The notes under the pieces are model-generated. The model ran no database searches and was not told the origin of the DNA. It saw nothing but the letters and a program-made list of their open reading frames with translations. Shown here one piece after another: positions 28,401-36,773 of a stretch of 64,000 nt of DNA (position 1 is its first letter; each line of letters begins with the position of its first letter). Made by a program: the position numbers and the translations under genes. This DNA is from an uncultured Gammaproteobacteria bacterium (GTDB lineage: Bacteria; Patescibacteriota; Microgenomatia; Levybacterales; GWA1-39-11), in assembly GCA_964651815.1 (NCBI GenBank), contig CAZYWG010000004.1:36977-100976 (forward strand), read 5' to 3'.

Positions 28401-30983
28401 ACATTTTCATCCACTTCAGTAAACAATATTGGGTCAACACAGTCCGCATGCTCTACGGCTGCGGGATTAATAAGCCCTGGTAAATGGTACCATGTAGCTG
28501 CTGGAATAAATAGCGCGGCGTCAAATATGTATATATATGTTAACGGGTTTTTAGCAGGAGGGGGTTGCCCATATAATACTTCCGGGATTCGGACAACAAC
28601 GGGTCCATTTTTGATTGGAGCGAATACAACATGGGATTCATCTTTAGGACTAAACGGTTCAGTTGATGAATTCAGAATTTACAACCGTTCCATTTCCGCG
28701 TCTGAAATTTCCCAGACTCATCAGTATGGTAATTATTATATGGATGCAAGCGGTAACTATACACAAATTTTGGCTTCAAAAGCGTCAGGCGGAAGTGACT
28801 GTAATGACGCTTCGCCCGGAAACTATATAAGCTTGACTGGGTATGCAGATGCGGATGGGGACGGGCACTCGGTTAATACTCCAACAGTGTTTTGTGGAGG
28901 GCCTAATTTACCAGCGGGTTACCTGACTACTCCCGGTGGCGACTGTAATGACTTTAATGCAAATGTTTTTCAAAACCTGGCGAGTGGAGTAACAGATAGT
29001 GACCATGACGGATATTACGCGGGGGGTGCAGCATCACCTGATTGTGTGGGTGATGCAGTCGCTGCTTGGGTTGGTAGCGGACAAGTAGGATTTTGGAATA
29101 TGGATTATAACGGGTCCGAGCCTGATTTTTCCCAAACTTACGGACATACTTATATAGCTAATACCGGTTCTTTACAGGGTTATGCTCTTCAGGGGACAGG
29201 GCCATACGGAGATCAACCCACTTACTTTAATGGAACTAACGGTTATATGTCTGTACCAGACTCACAAGACATGAGACTTGGCACATATACGGTTTCTGTA
29301 TGGTTATATATGCCGGTCCAGAATGAATATTTTAAGGGGGTTGTTGGAAAACCCGGGAGAAATTACAATATGTGGGTTGGGAATGCAAACAACGCTGATG
29401 GTACAGGTGCAGCGTTTGTCCACCACAGATTTTATGACACAGTTAATGGGGGTAATGACGGGTGCCCAAATACCGGATATGTTGTTCAATTTAATACATG
29501 GAATCATATAGTTATTACAAATGACGGAGTAACTTGTAAAACTTATGTCATGGTTTCGGGTCCTTCATATTTACCTGTTGTTTCCGGAAGTGTAGCAGGT
29601 TCTCTTGTTACTACTACAGGGCCTACCTATTTTGCAACAAATCTTGATTCGGGTCCGGTAGGTAATTTTCTTAACGGTTATCTCGATGATGTCCAAATTT
29701 GGAATAGAGCGCTAACAGGGGGGGAAATTTATAATCTAAGGTATAACAACTTGCCTTATTATGCATATTATAAGGATGTTTCAGGAAATTATTCACAGCT
29801 TTCATCAACGGACGCACTTGGCGGTGGGGATCCGAATGATGCAAACGTAGCGGTTTGGAAAACTGCCGCAACTTACTATGACAATGACCATGATTCGTTT
29901 GGTCAGAACACTTCTGCAGGTAATCAGTGGGTGGGTTCAACTGCTACAGTTGGATATTCTCTAGATAATACCGATTGTAATGACGGAAATGTCTCTCTTT
30001 TCAGATACCTGACTGGGTATCAGGATTCTGACAATGATGGTTATACAACAGGAGGCGCGCAAAACATTTGCTCTGGAAATTCACTGCCTGCAGGCTGGCG
30101 GGCCGCGCCGAATGGCAATGATTGTAATGATGGGACTGCGGCGCTTTACCAATGGCTAACAGGCTATCAGGATTCGGATATGGACGGATACACAACTGGT
30201 GGAGCGCAAAATATATGCTCCGGAGCTACTCTTCCGTCAGGCTGGCGGGCCGCGCCAACTGCAAATGACTGCGCTGATAATTATGCCTTTATATATCAAT
30301 TGGTCTCCGGTGTATTTTGGTACGATTACGATCATGATTTGTATACTACAGGAGGGAGTGGAACCATATGCGTAGGGCCCGCTGCCATAATTAATACCAG
30401 ATGGGGACAAGCCTGGTACTATATGGATTACTTAGGACAATATTCTATTCCAACTGTAAGCGCGGGAACAGACTGCAATGACGGTAATGCATCTTACTAC
30501 CAATGGCTTTTAAGTTACCAAGATTCAGACGCAGACGGTTATGGGAATCCTTATACAGGCCAATGGCTTTGTTCCGATTCTACTTATTTCCCGGGTTGGG
30601 TTTCAAACGCGCAGGATTGTTATGACGCCAATTGGTACGCAAAGCCCGCGTCACCATATTGGTTTTCGTCTCCAAGACAGGACGGAAGTTATGACTGGAA
30701 TTGTGACGGCGGTTATAGCTACTATTATTACGATTATTATCTTGCTTACTACACAGTTAATATCTATTCTGACGGGTATTCATGTTCTAGTGGCCAAGGT
30801 TTAGCTTGTTATTCAACATACTATCCGGCTTGCGGGGCTTATGTAAATAATGCAAATGGCGCCGGCGGTTGTGCTGGTTATGCCCAGTATCAGTGGTGCG
30901 GCGGAGGTTGTAGCGGATCAAATTATTATTGCAGTTGTCTTTACTCATGTGGTACTTATCCTGCAACTCAGCTTTGTCAGTAG
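25407..30983 (+). CDS. giant type IV pilin-like protein with four LamG-like jelly-roll domains and Cys-rich MopE-like repeats
   Basis: Class III (prepilin) signal peptide with a GFTLIELVVVIAIIGALS N-methylation motif. Four LamG_3-like signatures: LDDIQIYNRALIQTEISGLY, LDDVHIYNRALTSTEVGNLY, VDEFRIYNRSISASEISQTH, LDDVQIWNRALTGGEIYNLRYN. There are many repeats of DCNDG...(D/S)D.DGYYTGG..C.G. The C-terminus is extremely Tyr/Cys-rich. Confidence 0.8.
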   Translation: MAAQPSKSGIKKLELRIKKSLARANKYSKSSGFTLIELVVVIAIIGALSTGLYSAVTSPKVKQRAQDAVRLRDINQIKTAVELYYQDHNCYPAASDNAFANSLTNTGTKAWVEGSTKYMSIVPLDPTDNPYIYKTDSSSCPQYMTLFAKLSQPAANFTACNIPSYTKTNATCIPSTATAPLDTTWGCVSSGSIACGAGPTPTPFICSGDSDCTGGKVCVNGSCVQPGAPPPTSNSSVFISQGSPPALMNLGATANISFTYKNNGATTWSPAGIYELGSQNPQDNTTWGNSRVPMTAGSSIIPGKSYTFYATITAPLVGGIYNYQWQMLQSKITIPSTGLVSYWKMDETTGTAVADSKGTSTGTATGTTIVPGIFNNARSFNGTSDYISTNYSSNFDVAPSGLSVGMWIKPTTTLQAGLPGGDPYKVFASSYDCSVNKGWNVAYDGTSGQLYVALGNGTTGAAIVRSTVQTLSAGSWYHVVFIAYPNSTSSKIYLNGVDVTGTTSSFGYSPPTGSMTIGRQTTNTCTSNYRYVNATLDDIQIYNRALIQTEISGLYTSTPFGDKTTNTTVLVVPNDLVVDADQDGYYTSSPAPAAYPVIAAQVVNGRTYYKTATSGYQYVSASATTTLGGSDCNDGSANIFQNVANIATDADLDGYYTGAPSTQCVGATYATEVSSGQVGHWAMNENSGSSVADSSSGNNNSGNTWGAPISGLLAWWKMDEGANNNAFDSSGNNNTATFTNTSWTGGKLSSAESFNGSNANGSSGSIAGIAGDHAWTISTWVNTTANPNFAWGTLLEVGNATCDKNPVLLRNPSQQYIVGFRNGTQISTTGLSIGTWGHLTAVYTGSLGTLSLYFNGQLVAGPTPVAAAGNGDGGKVNFGNDACGMGHYFNGKLDDVHIYNRALTSTEVGNLYSNAGAGGPTRSISGIGLNGSGQYVQIDNPSSGSLNPSSATITGWFQASNLAKPSGWQTIFFKGNYDCTTGCEDRQYALFLNNNGSLTFSSTSVNNIGSTQSACSTAAGLISPGKWYHVAAGINSAASNMYIYVNGFLAGGGCPYNTSGIRTTTGPFLIGANTTWDSSLGLNGSVDEFRIYNRSISASEISQTHQYGNYYMDASGNYTQILASKASGGSDCNDASPGNYISLTGYADADGDGHSVNTPTVFCGGPNLPAGYLTTPGGDCNDFNANVFQNLASGVTDSDHDGYYAGGAASPDCVGDAVAAWVGSGQVGFWNMDYNGSEPDFSQTYGHTYIANTGSLQGYALQGTGPYGDQPTYFNGTNGYMSVPDSQDMRLGTYTVSVWLYMPVQNEYFKGVVGKPGRNYNMWVGNANNADGTGAAFVHHRFYDTVNGGNDGCPNTGYVVQFNTWNHIVITNDGVTCKTYVMVSGPSYLPVVSGSVAGSLVTTTGPTYFATNLDSGPVGNFLNGYLDDVQIWNRALTGGEIYNLRYNNLPYYAYYKDVSGNYSQLSSTDALGGGDPNDANVAVWKTAATYYDNDHDSFGQNTSAGNQWVGSTATVGYSLDNTDCNDGNVSLFRYLTGYQDSDNDGYTTGGAQNICSGNSLPAGWRAAPNGNDCNDGTAALYQWLTGYQDSDMDGYTTGGAQNICSGATLPSGWRAAPTANDCADNYAFIYQLVSGVFWYDYDHDLYTTGGSGTICVGPAAIINTRWGQAWYYMDYLGQYSIPTVSAGTDCNDGNASYYQWLLSYQDSDADGYGNPYTGQWLCSDSTYFPGWVSNAQDCYDANWYAKPASPYWFSSPRQDGSYDWNCDGGYSYYYYDYYLAYYTVNIYSDGYSCSSGQGLACYSTYYPACGAYVNNANGAGGCAGYAQYQWCGGGCSGSNYYCSCLYSCGTYPATQLCQ

Positions 30984-31000
30984 CGTAAGCAAATTCAATT

Positions 31001-31885
31001 TTATTGAAGTTCAATTCCGGAGGAAGTGGATTTTATAGGCACAAATTTTTTATTTACAGGGTCATACACATCAATTGTCATATCTATATTTGAGTCACCT
31101 ATATTTGCAATAGTTTGGCCTTGAACAATCTGCCCGGAACTAGTTGCTAAATTTGTTTCTTGGGGAAGAATATAATTTACAATCATTTTTCTTTGTGAAT
31201 CCCCTATATCAACAAATATTTTGTATTTCAAAGAGGGAATATCCCCGCGCTCGGAGGGATCAGATATTCCAATTTGTCCTGAAGCTGCAGCGGTAATCTT
31301 TGAGCCCCCTTTTAACGTATATTTGATACCTATAAAATCTTTCCTTGTAGGGGAAGAAATTGCTTCAGCGGTAGGGCAGGGATTTTCTTTTACAGGACAC
31401 CCGATTTTTTTCATCTCCTCGGCGGTTAAGGTAGGAAGAGGAGTAGGAAGCCCTACTATTATTCGTTGAGGGGCTTTAGTTATTTGATTTGTTTTGGGAT
31501 TGTTGTCGGTTTTGTTTACTACTTTATCCGATGATTTTGAAAGGAAAAAATAGTAGGCTATGGCTAAAAAGATAAAAAAGAATACAATCCCAATAATAAT
31601 AGGAATCTTCATGTTATTTTTTTTTTGAGGAGTCGGACTCATTGTCGTTTGGTTTGGTGGAGGCGGCTGAGCGGGTGGAGCCGCAGTGTTTGAGGCGGCA
31701 GGTGGGGTGTTACTAGCACTTTGAACTACGTTTGTGGGTTGAGATACTGGAGGTACACCTTGAGCTACATTTGTAGGCTGCTGCACTACAGGCGGAACAG
31801 TATTTTGAGGTACACTTGCCGGTTGCATGTTTTCGTTTTGAGGATTTTGGTCCATATACCCATAATACCATATGTCAAAACCCAC
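31001..31885 (-). CDS. membrane-anchored protein with a Pro/Gln-rich cytoplasmic N-terminus (hypothetical)
   Basis: A Pro-rich low-complexity N-terminus of about 90 aa precedes one TM helix (IPIIIGIVFFFIFLAIAYYFFL) and an extracytoplasmic domain. It ends convergently with the pilin gene. Confidence 0.4.
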   Translation of the reverse strand: MGFDIWYYGYMDQNPQNENMQPASVPQNTVPPVVQQPTNVAQGVPPVSQPTNVVQSASNTPPAASNTAAPPAQPPPPNQTTMSPTPQKKNNMKIPIIIGIVFFFIFLAIAYYFFLSKSSDKVVNKTDNNPKTNQITKAPQRIIVGLPTPLPTLTAEEMKKIGCPVKENPCPTAEAISSPTRKDFIGIKYTLKGGSKITAAASGQIGISDPSERGDIPSLKYKIFVDIGDSQRKMIVNYILPQETNLATSSGQIVQGQTIANIGDSNIDMTIDVYDPVNKKFVPIKSTSSGIELQ

Positions 31886-31936
31886 CCGTCAATAGAGGAT
31901 TTGATAAAGAGTGTTTGTGATGTTAATATAATTCGA

Positions 31937-33241
31937 ATGAAAAACCAGGAATTTAAAAAAATCAAAAAAATACTCTCATGGGCGTGGAAGAATAAATATT
32001 CAACATTTTACCGTCTCAAATATGAAAAATCAGGTCTTAAGCTTTCCCAAGTGAAATCTATAGAGGATTTTAAAAAACTTCCGTACCTTGAAAGGCAAGA
32101 AATCTCAGAATCCCACCCGTTTGAAAGACTTTTTGTTGCAGAACGGAAACTGCGGGGCGCATCAATAACCAGCGGAACAAGCGGAAAAAAGCCATTGGTT
32201 GTCCTTAAAGACTTTGCTTATTTTTTAGACGGTGTAAAAAAGAAGAGTATGGGGGATGTGTTTACGTACTCTGAAATGAAAAAGTATGGTGCAAAGCGGA
32301 TTTTGACTTTGCGGTCTACAACTGGTCTAAACGTACGTTGGCATGAAGCTCCATCCTCAGCTTTCAGGGTTTTTGCAGATTTTAACAATCTTGCTATGTG
32401 CGCCGAGATTGCCAGTCTTTGCCGCGCCGACTCAATTGAAGCAAGCCCTACAACTCTATATTTTTTAGCACCATTCCTTAAGGAAAAAGGTCTTTTGGAA
32501 AAGATTAAATACATAAAGATGTTCGGGGAATTTTGCTCAAACCAAAGATACCAAGTTCTCAGGACTACTTATAAAAACGCCTATTTTTCCTCGCATTATA
32601 TAAGTAGCGAAGACTGGATGCGGGGTTGGCAGTGCAAATATCTGGCGGAAAAAAGTGCCTCAATTTTCCATAAATTCCCAGGAATTTACATAGAGTCGCT
32701 AGATATCAAAACTGGGCAGGAAGCAACTCTTGGCACGAGCGGAGAATGCGTAACAACTAGCTTGCTTAAGATGCCGTTTGTTGTAATTCGCTATAAAACC
32801 GGGGATTTGATTACGTTTATACCGCAAAAGTGCAAGTGCGGAAGCCGGGAGCCGATTTTTGAGGTCCACGGAAAAATCGGTATAAATAATTTACCCCTTC
32901 AGGGTACAATGCTTACCACTTCTCAGTTTGAGAAAGCCCTGGACTTGCTTGGTAATAAAATAAAACGTGACTTTAAGGTGCATATTTTTGAACATATTAA
33001 TCAAGGCAGGATTGTGTACAGACTTGAAATTCATTTAGTACCTAAAGATAGTAAATTAGTTGCAAATAAGCAATTTGCAACAACAGCGGCTAGGCTCATC
33101 CAGGAAAACTTCTTTATAGGAGCAAAACTTACCCTCAATGATGCAGTTAAAAAAGGTTTATTTTTACCCGTTACCGTCAAGCTTGTTGAGAGTATCCCGT
33201 TTGAACAGAAGAGAAGAGCATTTGAAATCCACTATAAATAA
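31937..33241 (+). CDS. adenylate-forming enzyme of the PaaK/CapK (phenylacetate-CoA ligase-like) family
   Basis: P-loop-like ITSGTSGKKP (compare SSGTTGKP). LPYLERQEI... upstream is typical of PaaK-family N-termini. The start was set at ATG 31937 (MKNQEF...), because the longer ORF from 31721 overlaps the upstream gene and is not protein-like. Confidence 0.55.
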   Translation: MKNQEFKKIKKILSWAWKNKYSTFYRLKYEKSGLKLSQVKSIEDFKKLPYLERQEISESHPFERLFVAERKLRGASITSGTSGKKPLVVLKDFAYFLDGVKKKSMGDVFTYSEMKKYGAKRILTLRSTTGLNVRWHEAPSSAFRVFADFNNLAMCAEIASLCRADSIEASPTTLYFLAPFLKEKGLLEKIKYIKMFGEFCSNQRYQVLRTTYKNAYFSSHYISSEDWMRGWQCKYLAEKSASIFHKFPGIYIESLDIKTGQEATLGTSGECVTTSLLKMPFVVIRYKTGDLITFIPQKCKCGSREPIFEVHGKIGINNLPLQGTMLTTSQFEKALDLLGNKIKRDFKVHIFEHINQGRIVYRLEIHLVPKDSKLVANKQFATTAARLIQENFFIGAKLTLNDAVKKGLFLPVTVKLVESIPFEQKRRAFEIHYK

Positions 33242-33637
33242 TGTCTTATTAAAAGAAGCTGCTGCAGCTCATAAACAAGCAGTCGTTTGTAAGTTTTTGT
33301 TTGCCATCAATAATAGATGCAATCTGTGAGCGGTCTTTTTGTGCAAGTTTTTCACTACAGTCAATTTCCTGAGGGTTTTGTCCAACGTTCACATTTTTAT
33401 GAAGATTTTGCCTCAAAACTTTATTTGATATATCGCCTTCAATGAGAATAAGCGAGGATGCAAGTGATATAAATACCAAAACTGCAAACGCTCGAGGCAT
33501 AATATCAAAGATATCAATTTTTGCTCGACTTTTATTTCTTTTGCTCACTTATTTATCAAAACATAAGATATCTCTCATTGTCAAGAAAAAAATATTTGGT
33601 TATACTCATTTTACAAAGATTTTAACTTAATTTCTGA

Positions 33638-35311
33638 ATGAAAAGGAAAAATACATTTTTAATTCCCGCAACAATCATTTTTTTAATAGTTATTTGTATC
33701 ATTTTTATATATAAGTTTATATATAGTGACACTTTAAGTAACTTAAATAATGAAATATCCGGAAACGCCAAATATATATCATTGGAAAGCCAAACAGAAG
33801 GAATGAATAATTCAATCCCGGAAGGTAAGGGTATAAATTACTCATTACAAAACCTTTTAAAAACAAATAAGAGGCTTGCATCCTTCTACAAATGGAATCT
33901 TGAAGATCCTCTTTTTTGGGGGCCCGGTTTTGACCCTGTTATGCTTGAGAAAAGCGTGAATGAGATAAATTCTGAACAGGTAAAGTTTCTTAAATTGACA
34001 GGCGGGAGCGCACAGATCTATCCTATCACATTCCTTCAAAAAGTAGCCAAAACGGCCAAAATTTATACCAGTTTTTTAGCTAATCCTTCTGAAGAATCTG
34101 CAAGTACACTCATTTTTTCACAACTTGATACAGTTAAAGAGTACCAAAAAGCCTTGGAGATCCTAAAGGCACAAATATCAAAAGAAGAAGATATACCGCT
34201 TATAGGATTCAGTATGAGAGTGGATAAATACGTTACATTATCAGACCTTGATGTGTTGCTTGATAATGCAACCCTTCTTAGGAGTGAAATTGTAAAAAGA
34301 GAAGGGTGCCTTAAAGGAATAGACGCGTGTAAAATACCTTCTCTCGTCTTTAAGCAGCCGGATCCTATGGGTTTTGTGTCTAAAAAACCAGAATCCGTTG
34401 AAAAAAAAATAGTTTATTTTCCCATAAAATCCGATGAATTAATCAACGGGCCATATGCTTCAGATACACCATGCTATGGATGGGGAAGCAGTTTTACTTA
34501 CCCCAAACATTATTTCTATATTGGCCGTGAAAAGCTTCAAGACGGGAGGATTATCGCAAATATCCAACTAGCCGACAATATCTTCTTTAAAAAAATTCCT
34601 TCAAACGCCGTAAACCCGGTGGAAAAAGTTTTCCTTAATAAAGGTATTCCTTACATTATGACAGCATCTACAAATCTCTATTTATGCCCTTACAGCGGTA
34701 ACCTTTCTGAGGTAAATACCCTTGATTTTTTCTTATATACAAAAAAACCCCTGATGCAGGAAGTCTATGATGTTTCAAGGAGAAAAGAATTTAATGCTGC
34801 AAGAAAAGCGGAGGACGATTTTTTCAAAAACAAATTCCCTTCATACGCAGAAGCACTTTATCTTGCGCAAAATTATGCGTATACTTACAGGTTTGTACAA
34901 GATAACGGTCTACTTGAAGATAGACCTGATTTGAAATATGAACTACTTAACCGTTACTTGATGATTCAAAGAAAGCTGGCAGGTATAGACCAAATCTTTA
35001 ACTATTCACTGGTTTTTATAAGTGACACACGTCAGATTGCCCAAGTTTTACAAGGACGCGAGAAAACACAGCTTTTAAGCCTAATGTACGCATATAAAAA
35101 CTTTTACGGACTTTTTTTCCTCCCGTTTTCGAGCTCTTTTTACTACGAGAAGACTAATCTTTCATACTCTCAAAAAATTAACGTCAAAGGGGTAGTAGGA
35201 GAAAACGGAGCATATATTGATTATATAAGCGCGGTTAAGAAATACAATAATTCCGATATAGCCAAATGGTTTACTTCACGCCAATCCATATTCGATTCGC
35301 TCAATAAATAA
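33638..35311 (+). CDS. N-terminally membrane-anchored hypothetical protein (557 aa)
   Basis: One N-terminal TM helix (FLIPATIIFLIVICIIFIY) followed by a large, presumably extracytoplasmic, region. No motif recognised. Confidence 0.4.
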   Translation: MKRKNTFLIPATIIFLIVICIIFIYKFIYSDTLSNLNNEISGNAKYISLESQTEGMNNSIPEGKGINYSLQNLLKTNKRLASFYKWNLEDPLFWGPGFDPVMLEKSVNEINSEQVKFLKLTGGSAQIYPITFLQKVAKTAKIYTSFLANPSEESASTLIFSQLDTVKEYQKALEILKAQISKEEDIPLIGFSMRVDKYVTLSDLDVLLDNATLLRSEIVKREGCLKGIDACKIPSLVFKQPDPMGFVSKKPESVEKKIVYFPIKSDELINGPYASDTPCYGWGSSFTYPKHYFYIGREKLQDGRIIANIQLADNIFFKKIPSNAVNPVEKVFLNKGIPYIMTASTNLYLCPYSGNLSEVNTLDFFLYTKKPLMQEVYDVSRRKEFNAARKAEDDFFKNKFPSYAEALYLAQNYAYTYRFVQDNGLLEDRPDLKYELLNRYLMIQRKLAGIDQIFNYSLVFISDTRQIAQVLQGREKTQLLSLMYAYKNFYGLFFLPFSSSFYYEKTNLSYSQKINVKGVVGENGAYIDYISAVKKYNNSDIAKWFTSRQSIFDSLNK

Positions 35312-35316
35312 TACGT

Positions 35317-35982
35317 TTACTTTCTTATTGTATCTGTAGGTTTTGGTGGGGGAGGCGGTACTTTTATGGAAGAGGAACGGGAAGCCTGTGGTAATTCGGG
35401 GCTTGGAAGTGCTTTAATTTTATCAAGCTCAGATTTATTTATGGGATTACCTTTAAGAATCAAATAGGTAAGTTCTTTCATGCTTGAAATTTCCGGTGGC
35501 AAAGCCTCAAGTTTATTATTTGACATGTCAAGAAGCTGGAGCTTCTTGAGTTTTGAAATCGTAGTGGGCAAAGAAGAAATTTTGTTGCCTGATAGATTAA
35601 TTCCTATTAGGTTTTGCAATGAAAGAAGTTCTTCAGGGAAGTGCGTGAACTTATTATTGCTCAAGTCTATTTGAGTAAGCTTTGAGAGTTTTGATATTCC
35701 GGAGGGAAATGTGGATAGATTTTTGTATGATAAATCCAAGGCGCAAGCTTGTTTTACATGAGCTAATGCCGTTTCCAGGTTCGTGAATCTTGCACACTCA
35801 ACTTTGGAGTTTAAAGTGGAACCGGTATTGGAAATTGTTTCCTTTGAGGATTGATTTTGCGAGTTATTTAGCCTTAGAAACATTAAAACCCCGAGTGCTG
35901 CAATAACGACTAATGAAGTGAAACCAAATACAAGGGTTTTTACTCTTATTTTTGCAATTTTTGATATCATATTTCGGGTCAT
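35317..35982 (-). CDS. membrane-anchored leucine-rich repeat (LRR) protein
   Basis: An N-terminal TM helix followed by LRRs: LDLSYKNLSTFPSGISKLSKLTQIDLSNNKFTHFPEELLSLQNLIGINLSGNKISSLP...LDMSNNKLEALP. The tail is Pro-rich (VPPPPPKP). Confidence 0.7.
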   Translation of the reverse strand: MTRNMISKIAKIRVKTLVFGFTSLVVIAALGVLMFLRLNNSQNQSSKETISNTGSTLNSKVECARFTNLETALAHVKQACALDLSYKNLSTFPSGISKLSKLTQIDLSNNKFTHFPEELLSLQNLIGINLSGNKISSLPTTISKLKKLQLLDMSNNKLEALPPEISSMKELTYLILKGNPINKSELDKIKALPSPELPQASRSSSIKVPPPPPKPTDTIRK

Positions 35983-36053
35983 ATATGTATTCTAAATATA
36001 TCTTGGGCCAAATGTATTTTAAAGTCAAGAAGATTTCTCAAAATTTAATAACA

Positions 36054-36719
36054 CTATTTTAGCGAAGAGGTAGGGCTCGCAGGTTTATAATCTAAAGGTA
36101 GTAATTGATACACTGCGTGTACTCTGGATTTATCAGCCTTGTCTATATCATTTCCAATCAGATTGAGTGATGGAATTGAGTTAAGATATTTTGAGTCTTC
36201 AGGTAATTTAGTAATTTTATTGTTTGATAAATCAAGAACCTGAAGGCGTTTCAGATTAGAAATACCTAACGGGATCTCTTTTATTTGGTTGTTTGCAAGA
36301 TCTATTTCTACGATACTCCGAAGCGACAAAAGTTCTTCCGGAAAAACAGTAAATTTATTTTTGTTAAGAATTATTGTATTAAGGTGGGTTAAACTGGTAA
36401 TTCCGGGAGGCAGAGTTTTAAGATTTTTTCTAGATAGGTCAAGTATGCATGCCTGATCGATATATTTTAGAGCATAATTTAAGTCCGTGAATTTCGCGCA
36501 AGTAACTTTTGGATTTAGAGTTGGTTCAGCTACAGACTGAGATGTTTTGATAGATCCGGGAACAGATGGATTCTTAAAAAATGATTTAATCTGGTTAAAA
36601 AACAAAATACCACCCACAAGAGCAATGATTATAGCCATAAGCCCTATGACTGTAAATGTTTGGATTGGAACCGCACCTTTCTGACTTTCTGTTTTAGACA
36701 TAATTTTATATTCGTACAA
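36054..36719 (-). CDS. membrane-anchored LRR protein, paralog of the adjacent gene
   Basis: Same architecture and identical length (221 aa). LRRs: LDLSRKNLKTLPPGITSLTHLNTIILNKNKFTVFPEELLSLRSIVEIDLANNQIKEIP...LDLSNNKITKLP. Confidence 0.7.
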   Translation of the reverse strand: MYEYKIMSKTESQKGAVPIQTFTVIGLMAIIIALVGGILFFNQIKSFFKNPSVPGSIKTSQSVAEPTLNPKVTCAKFTDLNYALKYIDQACILDLSRKNLKTLPPGITSLTHLNTIILNKNKFTVFPEELLSLRSIVEIDLANNQIKEIPLGISNLKRLQVLDLSNNKITKLPEDSKYLNSIPSLNLIGNDIDKADKSRVHAVYQLLPLDYKPASPTSSLK

Positions 36720-36773
36720 ATGGCCGATTATGTCAAGTTCTGAAACGGCAAAGGTGCTCGGGAATCCTATATT

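Noticed and set aside
31721-31936. Long N-terminal extension of the PaaK-like ORF (MNYVCGLRYWRYTLSYICRLL...).
   Set aside because: It overlaps the convergent upstream gene by 165 bp. It is Arg/Tyr/Cys-rich and not protein-like. The internal ATG at 31937 gives a typical PaaK N-terminus.
33249-33548. 99-aa minus-strand ORF with one hydrophobic segment between the PaaK-like and anchored-protein genes.
   Set aside because: It could be a real small membrane protein, but it has no recognisable motif and weak start context. Too uncertain to list as a feature.
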